Shown piece by piece: positions 27,443-39,693 of a stretch of DNA of 64,000 nt. The DNA lies in NCBI GenBank assembly GCA_036253495.1, contig GCA_036253495.1_4125.1; one strand, 5' to 3'. The position numbers and the translations under genes were made by a program. The stretch comes from a phage. The notes beneath the pieces were generated by a model that was not told the origin of the DNA, ran no database searches, and worked only from the letters and a program-made list of their open reading frames with translations. Positions within the stretch are counted from its first letter, which is position 1. Each line of letters opens with the position of its first letter.

Positions 27443-28219
27443 ATGGCAAAAAACATGATTAGTAAATATGGCGTTCCATTACCATCAGGAAGAAATAAAA
27501 CAATGCTACAACCTAAAGCGAAGTATAAATTTAGAGTTATTGTTTATAATTTCGGTACTGATATTGATGAGCGTGATCACATCGCATTAGATGTTGATAA
27601 AGTTGATAGACCAACAGTAACATTCAGTACTCATAAATTGAACCATTTTACTACCAATACTACATATATTGGTAATCATAACTGGGAACCCATCACACTA
27701 ACAATTCGTGATTCAATTGGCAATGAAAGTGCTAAAGCATTGTCTAGACAGTTACAAAAACAATTAGATTTTCAAAGACGTATTACCTCCAGAAGTGAAC
27801 AAGACTATGGTTCGTATAAATTTGGTATGGTTATTCAAATGCTAAATGGACGTAACACAGATGATAGTATTGAAGATTTGGCAAGAAATACTGCTGTTTC
27901 TGCTGCTACCGCTGTGACAAATAATGGTGGGTTAGTTAATGCAGTAGATCAGTTCATTGGTGGCTCAAACTATAACAGTGCTGGTGTAATGGAATACTTT
28001 GTTCTTACAGGGTGTATCATCACCAATATTAGTTACGATACATTGGAATATAGCTCTAGTGCACCAGTAACTATGGATATTACAATTAAGCCTGATAATT
28101 GTATTCAATTTGATAATATTGAAGAAATGTATAGTACACGCATTAATTCATTACTACCAGAAAAAGTTAATCAAGGACTAGATATCATTGACCGTGTATT
28201 CGGTAATATAGGATTTTAA
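27443..28219 (+). CDS. putative tail tube protein (paralog B)
   Basis: N-terminus YGVPLPSGRNKTMLQPKAKYKFRVIVY is paralogous to the preceding ORF. Confidence 0.45.
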   Translation: MAKNMISKYGVPLPSGRNKTMLQPKAKYKFRVIVYNFGTDIDERDHIALDVDKVDRPTVTFSTHKLNHFTTNTTYIGNHNWEPITLTIRDSIGNESAKALSRQLQKQLDFQRRITSRSEQDYGSYKFGMVIQMLNGRNTDDSIEDLARNTAVSAATAVTNNGGLVNAVDQFIGGSNYNSAGVMEYFVLTGCIITNISYDTLEYSSSAPVTMDITIKPDNCIQFDNIEEMYSTRINSLLPEKVNQGLDIIDRVFGNIGF

Positions 28220-28229
28220 GGAGAGTACT

Positions 28230-30343
<2,114 letters not shown>

Positions 30344-30371
30344 CTTAAACGACCATTAATGGAGTTATTAA

Positions 30372-30902
30372 ATGAACAAACTACAACAAATTCTAACAGA
30401 AAATAAACCTGTATATGAATATCGTGTCAAATTTGCATTTGAACCTAGTACTGAACAATTGAGTAAAGTTACCCAACGTCTAGTAGATCGCTATGATGCT
30501 TTCGAAGTTGGTGCTCTGAAGAAAACTATTTTCATGGAAAAACCACTAGACTTTTATGAACTAGATTGTGGTGAAATCTGGATGTTTGATTTCAAATGCA
30601 ATCGTGGCGTACAGTCTAATGTACTAATGTATGAAATTGGAAACCTTCTATCTGTTACTGAAGCACTTATTCGTGTTCGCAGTAAAGATGAACCACGTCA
30701 GATTGAAATGTCCATCAGTGAAGATGACGTTGATTTTGACGAAATTCGTGTTATCGGGAAAGATTTCGGTGATGCAGTAGATAGTACTGGTATTTCTGGT
30801 CAAGAACGTGCTGATAAAGCAGTTGAAGACGCAAAAGAAGAGATTAAACGTGATAATAAATACTCTCAATATATGAGTGCTGGTTTTGGTAAAAAGGAAT
30901 AA
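30372..30902 (+). CDS. hypothetical protein
   Basis: ORF; no motif recognised. Confidence 0.5.
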   Translation: MNKLQQILTENKPVYEYRVKFAFEPSTEQLSKVTQRLVDRYDAFEVGALKKTIFMEKPLDFYELDCGEIWMFDFKCNRGVQSNVLMYEIGNLLSVTEALIRVRSKDEPRQIEMSISEDDVDFDEIRVIGKDFGDAVDSTGISGQERADKAVEDAKEEIKRDNKYSQYMSAGFGKKE

Positions 30903-30905
30903 ACG

Positions 30906-31457
30906 ATGAGTATACTTAATGAAATGTTTGAGTATGAGGACAATGAACTGAATGAAGCTCGTCCTTATAGTCGTTCTCAAAGTGCTATTGATAGTGCTAA
31001 AGGGAAAGTAAAAGGTATGTTCGGTAGTGGGCAGATTGAGCAAGGTGCACAGGAAGTTGGTGCAGAAGCTAACCGCCTATGGGCTGAATTTAAACGATAT
31101 ATTGGTAAAAAATATGGTAAAGCACAAAGCTCTGTTCCATATGCTGATGTTGCACAATTCTTCAAAGGTAATCAATTGGATGTGAAATTCCTCGGTAATA
31201 ATCAACGCCGTTCTTTTACACCAAAAGATGTTGGTAACGCTCTATTACAGGCTGCTCGTGAATACATGAACACATATCGTGATCAAGAAGAGCCAGCACC
31301 AGCTAAACCACAAAGTGAACCAGCAGCAGCACCACAAGCTTCAAATGAACCACCACAACCAGCGGCGAATCCATCTACCCAATCACAAGGTATTGCTGGT
31401 ATTCTACAAGGTCTAAGTCCTGCTGAACGTGAGCAACTACTTCGAATGATTTCGTAA
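30906..31457 (+). CDS. hypothetical protein
   Basis: ORF with a Pro/Ala/Gln-rich C-terminus. Confidence 0.5.
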   Translation: MSILNEMFEYEDNELNEARPYSRSQSAIDSAKGKVKGMFGSGQIEQGAQEVGAEANRLWAEFKRYIGKKYGKAQSSVPYADVAQFFKGNQLDVKFLGNNQRRSFTPKDVGNALLQAAREYMNTYRDQEEPAPAKPQSEPAAAPQASNEPPQPAANPSTQSQGIAGILQGLSPAEREQLLRMIS

Positions 31458-31469
31458 GGGGATAATACA

Positions 31470-32942
31470 ATGCTTAAATTATTCAGTACTGAAAGTACGG
31501 TAGTTCCTAATGGGTATATCTATACTTCCCATACTGGAGCAAAATATGTCTTCTTAGAAGGTATGTGGTTCAATGATAGTAATATGATGATGGTTGATCC
31601 ACAAAAATATCCAAATATGTATGCTTGTGCTCGACAACAAATTGTTGAGCACAACAATAAATCAAACACTGCATTTAAAATTGGCGAAAACTATCTTCAC
31701 AATGGAAAAGAGTGTACGTTCATCGGTGAAAGCCGCTTCCATAGTGATGACGGTACTATTCTTTCTGAAAGTGAAGTTATTACAGAACTAATGGGTGATG
31801 AACAACGTGTATATCAAGTTTCCAAAGAAACTCTACAAAAAGAGTGGAGTACTTTGAAATTTTATATTCTACCCCCACATGCACAAGATATTTCTATCCC
31901 AGCAGGTATGGTAGTTCAAGGATATAAGTTTATTCCTAACAGTCATCGCTTTGTTGAACTAAAAAGCGGTCGCCCTGTAAGCCCAGAAATGACACGTAAG
32001 CTAAGTGAAGAAGGTCTTCGCATTGCTCGCCAATTATCTACAAACAATAAGCTAATCCCATTGAAATCTGTATTGATTCAAGGTAATGTTCGTTCTGAAT
32101 GGAACGGTAAAGAATTTTGCGATAATGACGGTAATGTGGTAGTATCTGAACAAGGCTCGAAAGCTATTTTCCAAGCATATTCACAGTTCGTTAAGGCAAA
32201 TCCTGAAGATTTTCCTTCTTTAACTGGTGCTAGTACTGGTGAAGAACAACGTTTTGGTTCTGTACCGAAGCCAGAAAAAGTTACCGAAGCTGAAGATGAA
32301 CCAGCAGTTGGTGTACCAGATGGATACCGTTTTACTTCTGGTAAAAACAAAACTTATGCTAAACAACGTGGTGCTTGGTTTGATGTTGAAACTAAAAAAC
32401 AACTAAATTCAGGTGCTGCACAAAGTATTGAGCGTGCTGCACAACAAGCTATTCTTAAACATAACGAATCCGGTGCAATGAAAATCGGAACAAAAGTTAC
32501 TTCTAAGAAAGGCAAAGAATATGTATACGTTGGTGGTGATCGATTCATTGGTCCAGATGGTAAAATGATTCCAAAAAGTGCTGCACAAGCTATTCTGGAT
32601 CGTTTTGAATCTTCTAAATCAGAGAATGAACCTAAACCAACTGACGCACCACAAGAAGAACCAAAAGCACAAGAAGAACCTAAACCTGAAGCACAGGCTG
32701 AACCGAAAGAAGAACCAAAGGAAGAGCCTAAACCAGAACCGACCCCTGAACCAGAAGTTGAGCAAGGGAATGGTATGGAAGCACTTGCATCACAAATTAA
32801 ATCTTCTCCTTATGCGAAAAAGATTACAGTACTGCTAACCCGTGGTGATAAGGTTTCTTTACTAGCCGCTGACATTCTATTAGCTGGTAATAAAGATGAA
32901 GTAGTGCAGATTTTAAAATCATTAAATAATAATGATGAATAA
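31470..32942 (+). CDS. hypothetical protein with EPK/PEP low-complexity linker
   Basis: 490-aa ORF with a (E/K)EPK(P)E repeat region near the C-terminus. Confidence 0.5.
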   Translation: MLKLFSTESTVVPNGYIYTSHTGAKYVFLEGMWFNDSNMMMVDPQKYPNMYACARQQIVEHNNKSNTAFKIGENYLHNGKECTFIGESRFHSDDGTILSESEVITELMGDEQRVYQVSKETLQKEWSTLKFYILPPHAQDISIPAGMVVQGYKFIPNSHRFVELKSGRPVSPEMTRKLSEEGLRIARQLSTNNKLIPLKSVLIQGNVRSEWNGKEFCDNDGNVVVSEQGSKAIFQAYSQFVKANPEDFPSLTGASTGEEQRFGSVPKPEKVTEAEDEPAVGVPDGYRFTSGKNKTYAKQRGAWFDVETKKQLNSGAAQSIERAAQQAILKHNESGAMKIGTKVTSKKGKEYVYVGGDRFIGPDGKMIPKSAAQAILDRFESSKSENEPKPTDAPQEEPKAQEEPKPEAQAEPKEEPKEEPKPEPTPEPEVEQGNGMEALASQIKSSPYAKKITVLLTRGDKVSLLAADILLAGNKDEVVQILKSLNNNDE

Positions 32943-32955
32943 CTAAAAGGATTTA

Positions 32956-33903
32956 TTGAAAATGGCAAAAAAAATTAATGAAGCACAGGTTAAAATTGAT
33001 ATTGCTGGTCTAGAATCTGATGATCTAGAAGCACTATCCCGTATGCTTGCACTAGCTGGTCAAGCTGAAAAGCAATCATCCGTAGCACCTACTGTTTCTC
33101 CAATCGCTCCACTTGACTTCGGTTCTTTTGGTGGTTCAGCGGAAGAACCAGAAGTTGTTGCTCCAGAAATGGGTGCTGATGTAGCACCTGTTCCAGAAAT
33201 TGGTGAAGAAGACCCATTAGCACAAGCTGTTGATGATCTATCTGGTTCAGTAACTGATTTCGGTGCTGATGCAGAAGGTGAAGCTGACATTCCAGTTATC
33301 GATGTTGAAGCTCCTGGTGAAGAAGATGAACTTTCTCTTGACATGAGTGGTCAACCTAAGCTAGAATCTACTCTATCAGATGAAGACGAAGAAGTTATTG
33401 AAGAAGAATTCGATTTCGGTCGTATGATGTCTCTAGCTGGTCTTCCTGTTACTGAAGCAGTAGATGAAGATGAAGAAGAAATTGAAGAAGAAGTTACTGA
33501 ATCTCAAATCCTTCCTGACCTAAGTCTAGAAGAAGAGAGTCCAGCACTTGACACAACTGATTTTGGTCCTTTCCGTTCTGAATACGATGCTGTTCAAGAT
33601 GGTCAAGCTAAAACCAATGGTGTTGAAGGTGATAACTTCATCGTAGTTCCTAAAGGAAACCAATTCTACTGGAGACGTGTTGTTCAAGAAGAACTTGACA
33701 ATGTTCCAAATCCAGAAGAATATGATAATGAAGGCAATGTACATCGTGTACATGAATTCAAGCCAAAAGCACCTGGTACTGCTCTAGGTGATAACCCACT
33801 TAATGTTTACGAAGCTGAAGAAGAGTCTGAAGAAGACGAATCTGTAGAAGACATTTTTGAAAGTCTCCAAAGTAAGTACAATAAGTTTCTAGGAGATAAG
33901 TAA
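32956..33903 (+). CDS. highly acidic protein (scaffold/internal-protein-like)
   Basis: 315 aa, very Asp/Glu-rich. Confidence 0.5.
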   Translation: MKMAKKINEAQVKIDIAGLESDDLEALSRMLALAGQAEKQSSVAPTVSPIAPLDFGSFGGSAEEPEVVAPEMGADVAPVPEIGEEDPLAQAVDDLSGSVTDFGADAEGEADIPVIDVEAPGEEDELSLDMSGQPKLESTLSDEDEEVIEEEFDFGRMMSLAGLPVTEAVDEDEEEIEEEVTESQILPDLSLEEESPALDTTDFGPFRSEYDAVQDGQAKTNGVEGDNFIVVPKGNQFYWRRVVQEELDNVPNPEEYDNEGNVHRVHEFKPKAPGTALGDNPLNVYEAEEESEEDESVEDIFESLQSKYNKFLGDK

Positions 33904-33904
33904 T

Positions 33905-34306
33905 ATGTCATACAACTATCGTGAACTAGTGGAATCACTAGATGCGATTATGGCAGAAGAAGAAGTTCCTCAAGAAGAAAATGGTATCGTTGTCCAAGAA
34001 GATTCGGACAACGTTATCGTTGATTTACTAAAGGAAATCACTACATCTTTAGTTGCTTTAGTTGATAAAGCAAAAGAAGAAGGTTCTGACCATAAAGAAA
34101 TCGCAGAAAAACTTAAAAAAGCATGTGACATTTTGGCAGATGTGGAATATAATGATGACTTAGAAGCAAAAGACAGTACTAAAGAAATTGAAGAAGATTT
34201 CGGTACTGAAGATATGGCTCCTAAAGTTGACAGTGAAGGTCATCGTAGCTATAAAGTTAAAGATGCTCCTTCTTATGCTGCCAGACAAGGTTTTGTGGGG
34301 ATGTAA
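33905..34306 (+). CDS. hypothetical acidic protein
   Basis: ORF; acidic. Confidence 0.45.
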   Translation: MSYNYRELVESLDAIMAEEEVPQEENGIVVQEDSDNVIVDLLKEITTSLVALVDKAKEEGSDHKEIAEKLKKACDILADVEYNDDLEAKDSTKEIEEDFGTEDMAPKVDSEGHRSYKVKDAPSYAARQGFVGM

Positions 34307-34308
34307 TT

Positions 34309-34653
34309 ATGATACCACAACCCACTAACAGCACTGAATTTCAAAATGAAGTACTTATAAAAGTTAAAGAAGTACATGAATCGGACGCTGAAATCACTGA
34401 CAGAATGCTTCTGATGTCTATTTTTGAAAACTTCAGAACTGGTGGTGGTTTGAGGCTTAGTAAGTATGGATTTATGATTTGTGAAGAAAATAATCTTTAT
34501 GAATTTACAAAAATCCCCTTGCTAAGAGAGTTCAAAAGCTCTATAATATTTACATCGCTTGATAGAATATGTAGAAGTCCTTATTATGTTGATGGCTACT
34601 ACATATATCTCTCCGATGCAATGGTAGTTACTGAATTAACATTGTGTCGGTGA
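34309..34653 (+). CDS. hypothetical protein
   Basis: ORF; no motif recognised. Confidence 0.45.
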   Translation: MIPQPTNSTEFQNEVLIKVKEVHESDAEITDRMLLMSIFENFRTGGGLRLSKYGFMICEENNLYEFTKIPLLREFKSSIIFTSLDRICRSPYYVDGYYIYLSDAMVVTELTLCR

Positions 34654-34717
34654 TGATTTCAAGCAGTTATTTTCGATGCATATGTAGAACGCTTCGAAAA
34701 TAAAAATGAAAAAGATG

Positions 34718-34745
34718 TTGACAGTACAGATTAACGTGATATAAT
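34718..34745 (+). promoter_or_regulatory. consensus sigma70 promoter with extended -10 (TTGACA-16-TGaTATAAT)
   Basis: ttgaca at 34718-34723 and gtgatataat ending at 34745. Confidence 0.55.
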
Positions 34746-34810
34746 GAACGTCACGAAGCAAGATTTCAAAATCACAAGATGTGAGATTGAAAAAGAAAGA
34801 AAAAAAGTTG

Positions 34811-34838
34811 TTGACAAGCCTGAACGATGTGATATAAT
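34811..34838 (+). promoter_or_regulatory. consensus sigma70 promoter with extended -10 (TTGACA-16-TGaTATAAT)
   Basis: Second near-identical copy about 93 bp downstream of the first. Confidence 0.55.
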
Positions 34839-34900
34839 GACCACATCAAGACGGCAAACAAGATTGACCTTTTTAAACACACGGATGATTCACTGAAGAT

Positions 34901-34940
34901 AAGGAACTGATAAGTTAAAATACTTTTAACACAGTTCCTT
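34901..34940 (+). promoter_or_regulatory. leader hairpin (possible attenuator or short-transcript 3' end)
   Basis: aaggaactg ... cagttcctt 9-bp stem with a 22-nt loop, followed by tacttttg. Confidence 0.3.
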
Positions 34941-35005
34941 TACTTTTGCCAACGGATTGGTTATAATATAAACCTAGTTTTTTATCCAACAAAAGGAAAA
35001 TACAC

Positions 35006-36331
35006 ATGAGCGAACAACAAGATATCCTGAACGTAAAACTGACTCCTAAGAAAGCAAAAATGGCTATGGCTCTGGCAGATAAAATTCAGGATAGTCTGAT
35101 GATTTGGGGTAGCCCTGGTATCGGTAAGTCTGCGATTGCACGTCAATACGCTGACGAGAACTATCCTCTTCGTAAGGATAACTTGGCTAAAATCGAGTTC
35201 ATGAAACAACAAATTGAAGTTGATACTGAAAATGCTGATGCACTTCGCCGCGAACTGGCAGCGTTTGAAGCAAAACTGATTGACCAAGACACTAACTTCA
35301 TCGACTTCCGTTTGTCACAGATTGAACCAAGTGACCTACGTGGTATCCCAGTCCCTGAAAAAGTGTTCCTGGATATGGATGGCAAACAACTGATTGAATC
35401 TGAACTGGAAACAGCTAAAGATTACATTGCTGAAACAGCAGTTGTATGGGCAGCACCTAAAGTACTGAAACTGTCTCCAGATTGGAAAGGTGTTATCCTG
35501 TTTGACGAAATTAACTCTGCTATGCCGATTGTACAGGCAGCGTCTTATCAGCTAATCCTCGACCGTTGTGTTGGTGAGATGAAGCTACCTAAGACTGCAC
35601 TGATTCTCGCAGCAGGTAACCGTGAAACTGATGGCGGCGTAACGTTCTCTCTGGCAACGCCACTACGTGACCGTATGACCCACATCGAAATGGTTCCTTA
35701 CCATCAAGATTGGATTGACGATTACGCGATTGCTAAGCGTTTGAACCCAGGTACTGTTGCGTTCATCAACAACACTGGTGCTAAGTACTTCAACACCCTT
35801 AGCCCACAAGATCCTTCTCACAGTGGTGGTACTTCTCCACGTTCATGGGAAGCAGTAGCACGCTACGAAGACCTGAAGAAAGGCAACAACATTGATAAAG
35901 AAGTGTTCCGTGCTCTAATCGCTGGTCGTGTTGGTGAAGGTGTAGCAACTGAATATATCGAATACGTAGAAAACGTATCTAAACTACCAGATACTATGTC
36001 CATCCTACAGGGTGAGATTAAAGAGATTGATGCAACGCTGGATATTTCTGCGAACTACTTCATCTCTCTGAATCTGGTTTATAAAATTATCGACCTGTAC
36101 AATGAGAAGCAAGAACAACGTCTTCCAGTTGAAGAGTGGGGCAAGCTGTGCAACAACTTCATCACCTTCCTGGACCGTAACTTCTCCGAAACTCAGGCAG
36201 AACTGGCAGTACTAGCAATTCGTACCATCACTCAACATAAGGTAGCGATTGCGTACAAAGATGTTCCAGCGTTCAAAGACTTCGTTATGAAGTACTCTGA
36301 CCTAGTACGCAAAGCACGTTCTCTTGGTTAA
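35006..36331 (+). CDS. MoxR-type AAA+ ATPase (AAA_5-like)
   Basis: Walker A GSPGIGKS, Walker B VILFDEINSA, sensor-like ILAAGNRE. Confidence 0.75.
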   Translation: MSEQQDILNVKLTPKKAKMAMALADKIQDSLMIWGSPGIGKSAIARQYADENYPLRKDNLAKIEFMKQQIEVDTENADALRRELAAFEAKLIDQDTNFIDFRLSQIEPSDLRGIPVPEKVFLDMDGKQLIESELETAKDYIAETAVVWAAPKVLKLSPDWKGVILFDEINSAMPIVQAASYQLILDRCVGEMKLPKTALILAAGNRETDGGVTFSLATPLRDRMTHIEMVPYHQDWIDDYAIAKRLNPGTVAFINNTGAKYFNTLSPQDPSHSGGTSPRSWEAVARYEDLKKGNNIDKEVFRALIAGRVGEGVATEYIEYVENVSKLPDTMSILQGEIKEIDATLDISANYFISLNLVYKIIDLYNEKQEQRLPVEEWGKLCNNFITFLDRNFSETQAELAVLAIRTITQHKVAIAYKDVPAFKDFVMKYSDLVRKARSLG

Positions 36332-36353
36332 TAACTAAAAGAATGTTTGACAA

Positions 36354-36381
36354 GAAGGATGCCACATGGTATCCTTCTTTT
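36354..36381 (+). terminator. possible intergenic hairpin/terminator
   Basis: gaaggat-(10 nt)-atccttc followed by TTTTAT. Confidence 0.35.
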
Positions 36382-36405
36382 ATCTTAACTAAACGAGGAA
36401 ATATC

Positions 36406-37809
36406 ATGTCCGATAAGAAATTTAGCGACGTAACACCACAACTCCAGAAAGAATGCCAAGACCGTTTGATTCTTGCTCGTACTTCTCTGATGTTAACTGC
36501 TCCATTCTTTGGTGTACTGGCTTCACGTCTGCGTCCAGTTGCAAACAATACATGGTGTCGTACCTTAGCAGTAGATGGTAAACATTTATTCTATAACGTA
36601 GAATTTATCATGGGTATTCAAGACCCAAGCAAGAAAGAAGCATACGAAGAAGCAATTCGTGAGAAGCATCCTGAAGTAACTGAAGAACAATTGAAAGAAA
36701 TGACCGAAGGTTTGACTGATGAAAACCTGATTGCAGTTATCTGTCATGAAATTCTTCACTGTGCATACGATCACTTCCTTCGTCGTGGTATGCGTGACCC
36801 ACAACGCTACAACCGTGCAGCAGACTACGCAATCAACCAAATTATTGTTCGTGAAAAAATTGGTAAGATTCAAAGTCAATGGTTGTATGATAAGAAGTAT
36901 GATGGTATGACCGCCGAAGAGATTTATATTCTTCTAGAAGAAGAAGATAAACAAGATCAAGATGAAGGTGAAGGACAACCACAATCTGGTAGTGGTGAAG
37001 GTGAAGGTAAATCACGCGGTACTTTTGGTGATATCCAAAATGGTAAAGGCAAAGGCACTACCATTGACCAACACGATGTACCACAAGATGGTGAAGGTGG
37101 TGCATCTGAAGCACAAAAACGTGAATACATGGACGATTTCAAAACAGCAATGATGAATGCTGCTCGTGCAGGTGGTACTCCTGCTGAAATCGCTCGTATG
37201 ATCAATAACTTTAAAGAACCAAAAATTGACTGGCGTTCTAAACTTCAACGTACTCTTCGTAGCTGGTTGAAGTCTGATGCGACCTATCAAAGCCCAAGCC
37301 GCCGTTCATGGGGTGCTGGTTTTGGTTCCAATGGTTCATTCTACGGGAATCCAATCTTCCCAGGTATGAAACCAGATGACGATATTGATATTGCAATTGC
37401 ACTCGATGCATCAGGCTCTATCAGTGAAGATATGCTTCGTGATTTCATCAGTGAAGTACTAGGCATCACTAAACAATTCAAGCAGTTTAAAATTCGTATC
37501 ATGACATTTGATACTGAAGTTTATACTGTGATGGATTATAAAACTGGTGAAGAACGTAAGATTCTTGAATATCCAGTTAAAGGTGGTGGCGGTACTGACT
37601 TTGAAGCAGTTTGGGTTCACATGAAGCATGACAATTATAAGCCTAAACAGCTTATCATGTTTACCGATGGTGAACCGTGGCAGTCATGGGGTGATCCTAA
37701 CTACTGTAAAACACTGTTTGTGATTCACAGTAACCCGAACAAAGTAGCACCATTTGGTGAAACTGTTCACTACGAATATGAAGCGGACAAAAAACGCCAA
37801 CGTTCGTAA
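36406..37809 (+). CDS. VWA-domain protein with N-terminal HExxH metallopeptidase-like domain (MoxR partner)
   Basis: HEILHCAYDH motif; VWA MIDAS-like DIDIAIALDASGSIS and later GGGTDF, MFTDGEPW; ATG at 36406 after GAGGA. Confidence 0.7.
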   Translation: MSDKKFSDVTPQLQKECQDRLILARTSLMLTAPFFGVLASRLRPVANNTWCRTLAVDGKHLFYNVEFIMGIQDPSKKEAYEEAIREKHPEVTEEQLKEMTEGLTDENLIAVICHEILHCAYDHFLRRGMRDPQRYNRAADYAINQIIVREKIGKIQSQWLYDKKYDGMTAEEIYILLEEEDKQDQDEGEGQPQSGSGEGEGKSRGTFGDIQNGKGKGTTIDQHDVPQDGEGGASEAQKREYMDDFKTAMMNAARAGGTPAEIARMINNFKEPKIDWRSKLQRTLRSWLKSDATYQSPSRRSWGAGFGSNGSFYGNPIFPGMKPDDDIDIAIALDASGSISEDMLRDFISEVLGITKQFKQFKIRIMTFDTEVYTVMDYKTGEERKILEYPVKGGGGTDFEAVWVHMKHDNYKPKQLIMFTDGEPWQSWGDPNYCKTLFVIHSNPNKVAPFGETVHYEYEADKKRQRS

Positions 37810-37820
37810 AAATAAATATA

Positions 37821-37848
37821 GAGAACGATTCGTCGTTCTCTTTTATTT
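37821..37848 (+). terminator. rho-independent terminator
   Basis: gagaacga-ttcg-tcgttctc hairpin followed by TTTTATTTT. Confidence 0.6.
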
Positions 37849-37854
37849 TATAAT

Positions 37855-37883
37855 TGGGACAACCCAATTAACTATGATATAAT
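37855..37883 (+). promoter_or_regulatory. promoter with extended -10 (TGGGAC-17-TATAAT, TGaTATAAT)
   Basis: Third member of the TGGGAC promoter family. Confidence 0.5.
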
Positions 37884-37916
37884 GGAAATTGTAATAACAT
37901 ACATGGAGAGTAATAT

Positions 37917-38159
37917 ATGAGTACTGAAAACAATGCACAAGACGAAGTAATCCTAGACCTAGTTGACCTAATCAACGCTGCTCGTATTATGGAATCTGCG
38001 GTTGCACGTAATGCGTTTCAAGTTGATGAACTAGTGAACGTAGCACCAATTGTTTCCAAGTTCGTTAAATTTGCTGATAAAGCACTTGCTGATATCAAAG
38101 AACGTGAAGAAGCTGCTGCTCAAGCACAAGATACCGCTGGTACAGAAGGGGAAGAATAA
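37917..38159 (+). CDS. hypothetical acidic protein
   Basis: ORF downstream of the promoter. Confidence 0.5.
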   Translation: MSTENNAQDEVILDLVDLINAARIMESAVARNAFQVDELVNVAPIVSKFVKFADKALADIKEREEAAAQAQDTAGTEGEE

Positions 38160-38815
38160 TGGCTGCTATTCGTCACACAGGTGTAATTCGTAATACTGGT
38201 TCTCGTGTTTTCGTTGTTTGGCGTTCACTTCCAGATGATCATGATCATTGTCTAGTTGTGTATCGTGACTCACTTCCAGAAGCATATGTATCTGCTGTAA
38301 CCGATTTAGTTATGGGTCGTGGACAAGCTTCTGTTGAACTTTGGGAAGTTATGCATCAAGTAGGTTATCTCGATGGTCGTAAAATGCTAGATGTTCTTCA
38401 CAATCTACAATATCTACGTAAAGTCCGTACTTGTGATATTGACATGCACACTGGCGGTAACAACAAGATTTCACTTGATGTACTGAATGATGCAATCGAC
38501 GGTAATGAAAGTAAAAAACATGAAGATGGTAAAGTAAAAGATTACAACCCATTCAATCCACAAGTTCAAGATACAAAAGTCGAAGATGAAACTATTGTTG
38601 ATGAACTACTAAAAACTGCTGCAAAATATGATCAACTAGCTAAAGAGCATTATGAGCGTGCTTATAACCTAGAACCTTCTCTTCGTCCCAACGAAACGAA
38701 TGTGAAAACTGATTCTGATAAGAAAGTTTTTTACATTGAACTTCCAGAAGGTATTTCTCAAACCAAAGCAATTGAGAAACTAAAACTTGTTTTTGCAGAG
38801 CGTAAGAATGGCTAA
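38159..38815 (+). CDS. hypothetical protein
   Basis: ORF with ATGG overlap. Confidence 0.5.
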   Translation: MAAIRHTGVIRNTGSRVFVVWRSLPDDHDHCLVVYRDSLPEAYVSAVTDLVMGRGQASVELWEVMHQVGYLDGRKMLDVLHNLQYLRKVRTCDIDMHTGGNNKISLDVLNDAIDGNESKKHEDGKVKDYNPFNPQVQDTKVEDETIVDELLKTAAKYDQLAKEHYERAYNLEPSLRPNETNVKTDSDKKVFYIELPEGISQTKAIEKLKLVFAERKNG

Positions 38816-39113
38816 AGTTACTAGAGAAGATATCATTCTCAAAATAACTGAAGAAAGACAGAAACAAATAGATAATCCAAATACATTATCTGATACACTT
38901 AAAACAAAGAATGATTGGGCTTCCTTATGTGCCTATTATCTCTTCGAAGGGGCAACTCGCCCCGATAAGCATGTATCATTCGATGAATTTAGAGAGTCCT
39001 TAATCAAAGCTGGTGCTGTCATTTTGGCAGCCCTTGAAACCAGTTTCGCATTAGAGGATGAGAAATTACAAGAATTAATGTCTGCTTTGGAACATAAGAA
39101 TGACGATAAATGA
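38808..39113 (+). CDS. hypothetical protein
   Basis: ATG at 38808 overlaps the upstream stop; the listed ORF starts at an upstream alternative codon. Confidence 0.45.
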   Translation: MAKVTREDIILKITEERQKQIDNPNTLSDTLKTKNDWASLCAYYLFEGATRPDKHVSFDEFRESLIKAGAVILAALETSFALEDEKLQELMSALEHKNDDK

Positions 39114-39690
39114 ACTTGATGAAGCAATCAAGGGATTAACTAATACATTTTATAGCGGTGGTGCACAAGGTGCAGACCGCTTTTTCACTTTATATGCTAT
39201 GGAAAATGGTTTTAATGTAATTAACTTTTCATTCAAAAATCATAATCATAGTGTTGATGAAAGTACTATATTAGAAATCCCATCTTATATTTTGAATGAT
39301 AGTTCTATTCTACATCAACTAAACATGGCATGTTATTCATTACAACGCCGTGTACCTAAACCTGGCTCGTATGTTTATAATCTATTAGCTCGTAATAGAT
39401 ATCAAATTTTAAACACAGAGAGAGTTTATTGTATGGCATCACTGGTTTCACCTACTCAAGTTAGTGGTGGTACTGCATGGGCTGTACAAATGTATATTGA
39501 CAGTACTGATAATCCTGAAATATACTGCTATGACATTAATGACAGAAAAGTATATTCATATAATCCAGTACTAAAAGAATTCGAAGAAACCGCATCAGTA
39601 CCTAAGCCACATGGAAATTGGACGGGAATAGGCTCAAGAAATGCACAAGAAAAGCATATGATGCACTTTACAACATTTTTTCAAGGATGA
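39100..39690 (+). CDS. Rossmann-like SLOG/DprA-like domain protein (function unknown)
   Basis: FYSGGAQGADRF resembles the Gly-rich GGxxGxD loop of DprA/SLOG-type Rossmann folds; weak call. Confidence 0.3.
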   Translation: MTINELDEAIKGLTNTFYSGGAQGADRFFTLYAMENGFNVINFSFKNHNHSVDESTILEIPSYILNDSSILHQLNMACYSLQRRVPKPGSYVYNLLARNRYQILNTERVYCMASLVSPTQVSGGTAWAVQMYIDSTDNPEIYCYDINDRKVYSYNPVLKEFEETASVPKPHGNWTGIGSRNAQEKHMMHFTTFFQG

Positions 39691-39693
39691 ACA

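Noticed and set aside
34946-34967. Third promoter (TTGCCA ... TATAAT) directly upstream of the MoxR gene
   Set aside because: Spacing between the candidate hexamers is only about 10 nt, which is not compatible with a sigma70-type promoter.
36957-37290. ORFs overlapping the VWA gene (36957..37205 -, 36962..37153 +, 37012..37290 -)
   Set aside because: Embedded in the Gly/Glu-rich linker region of the VWA protein, a composition that generates open alternative frames.
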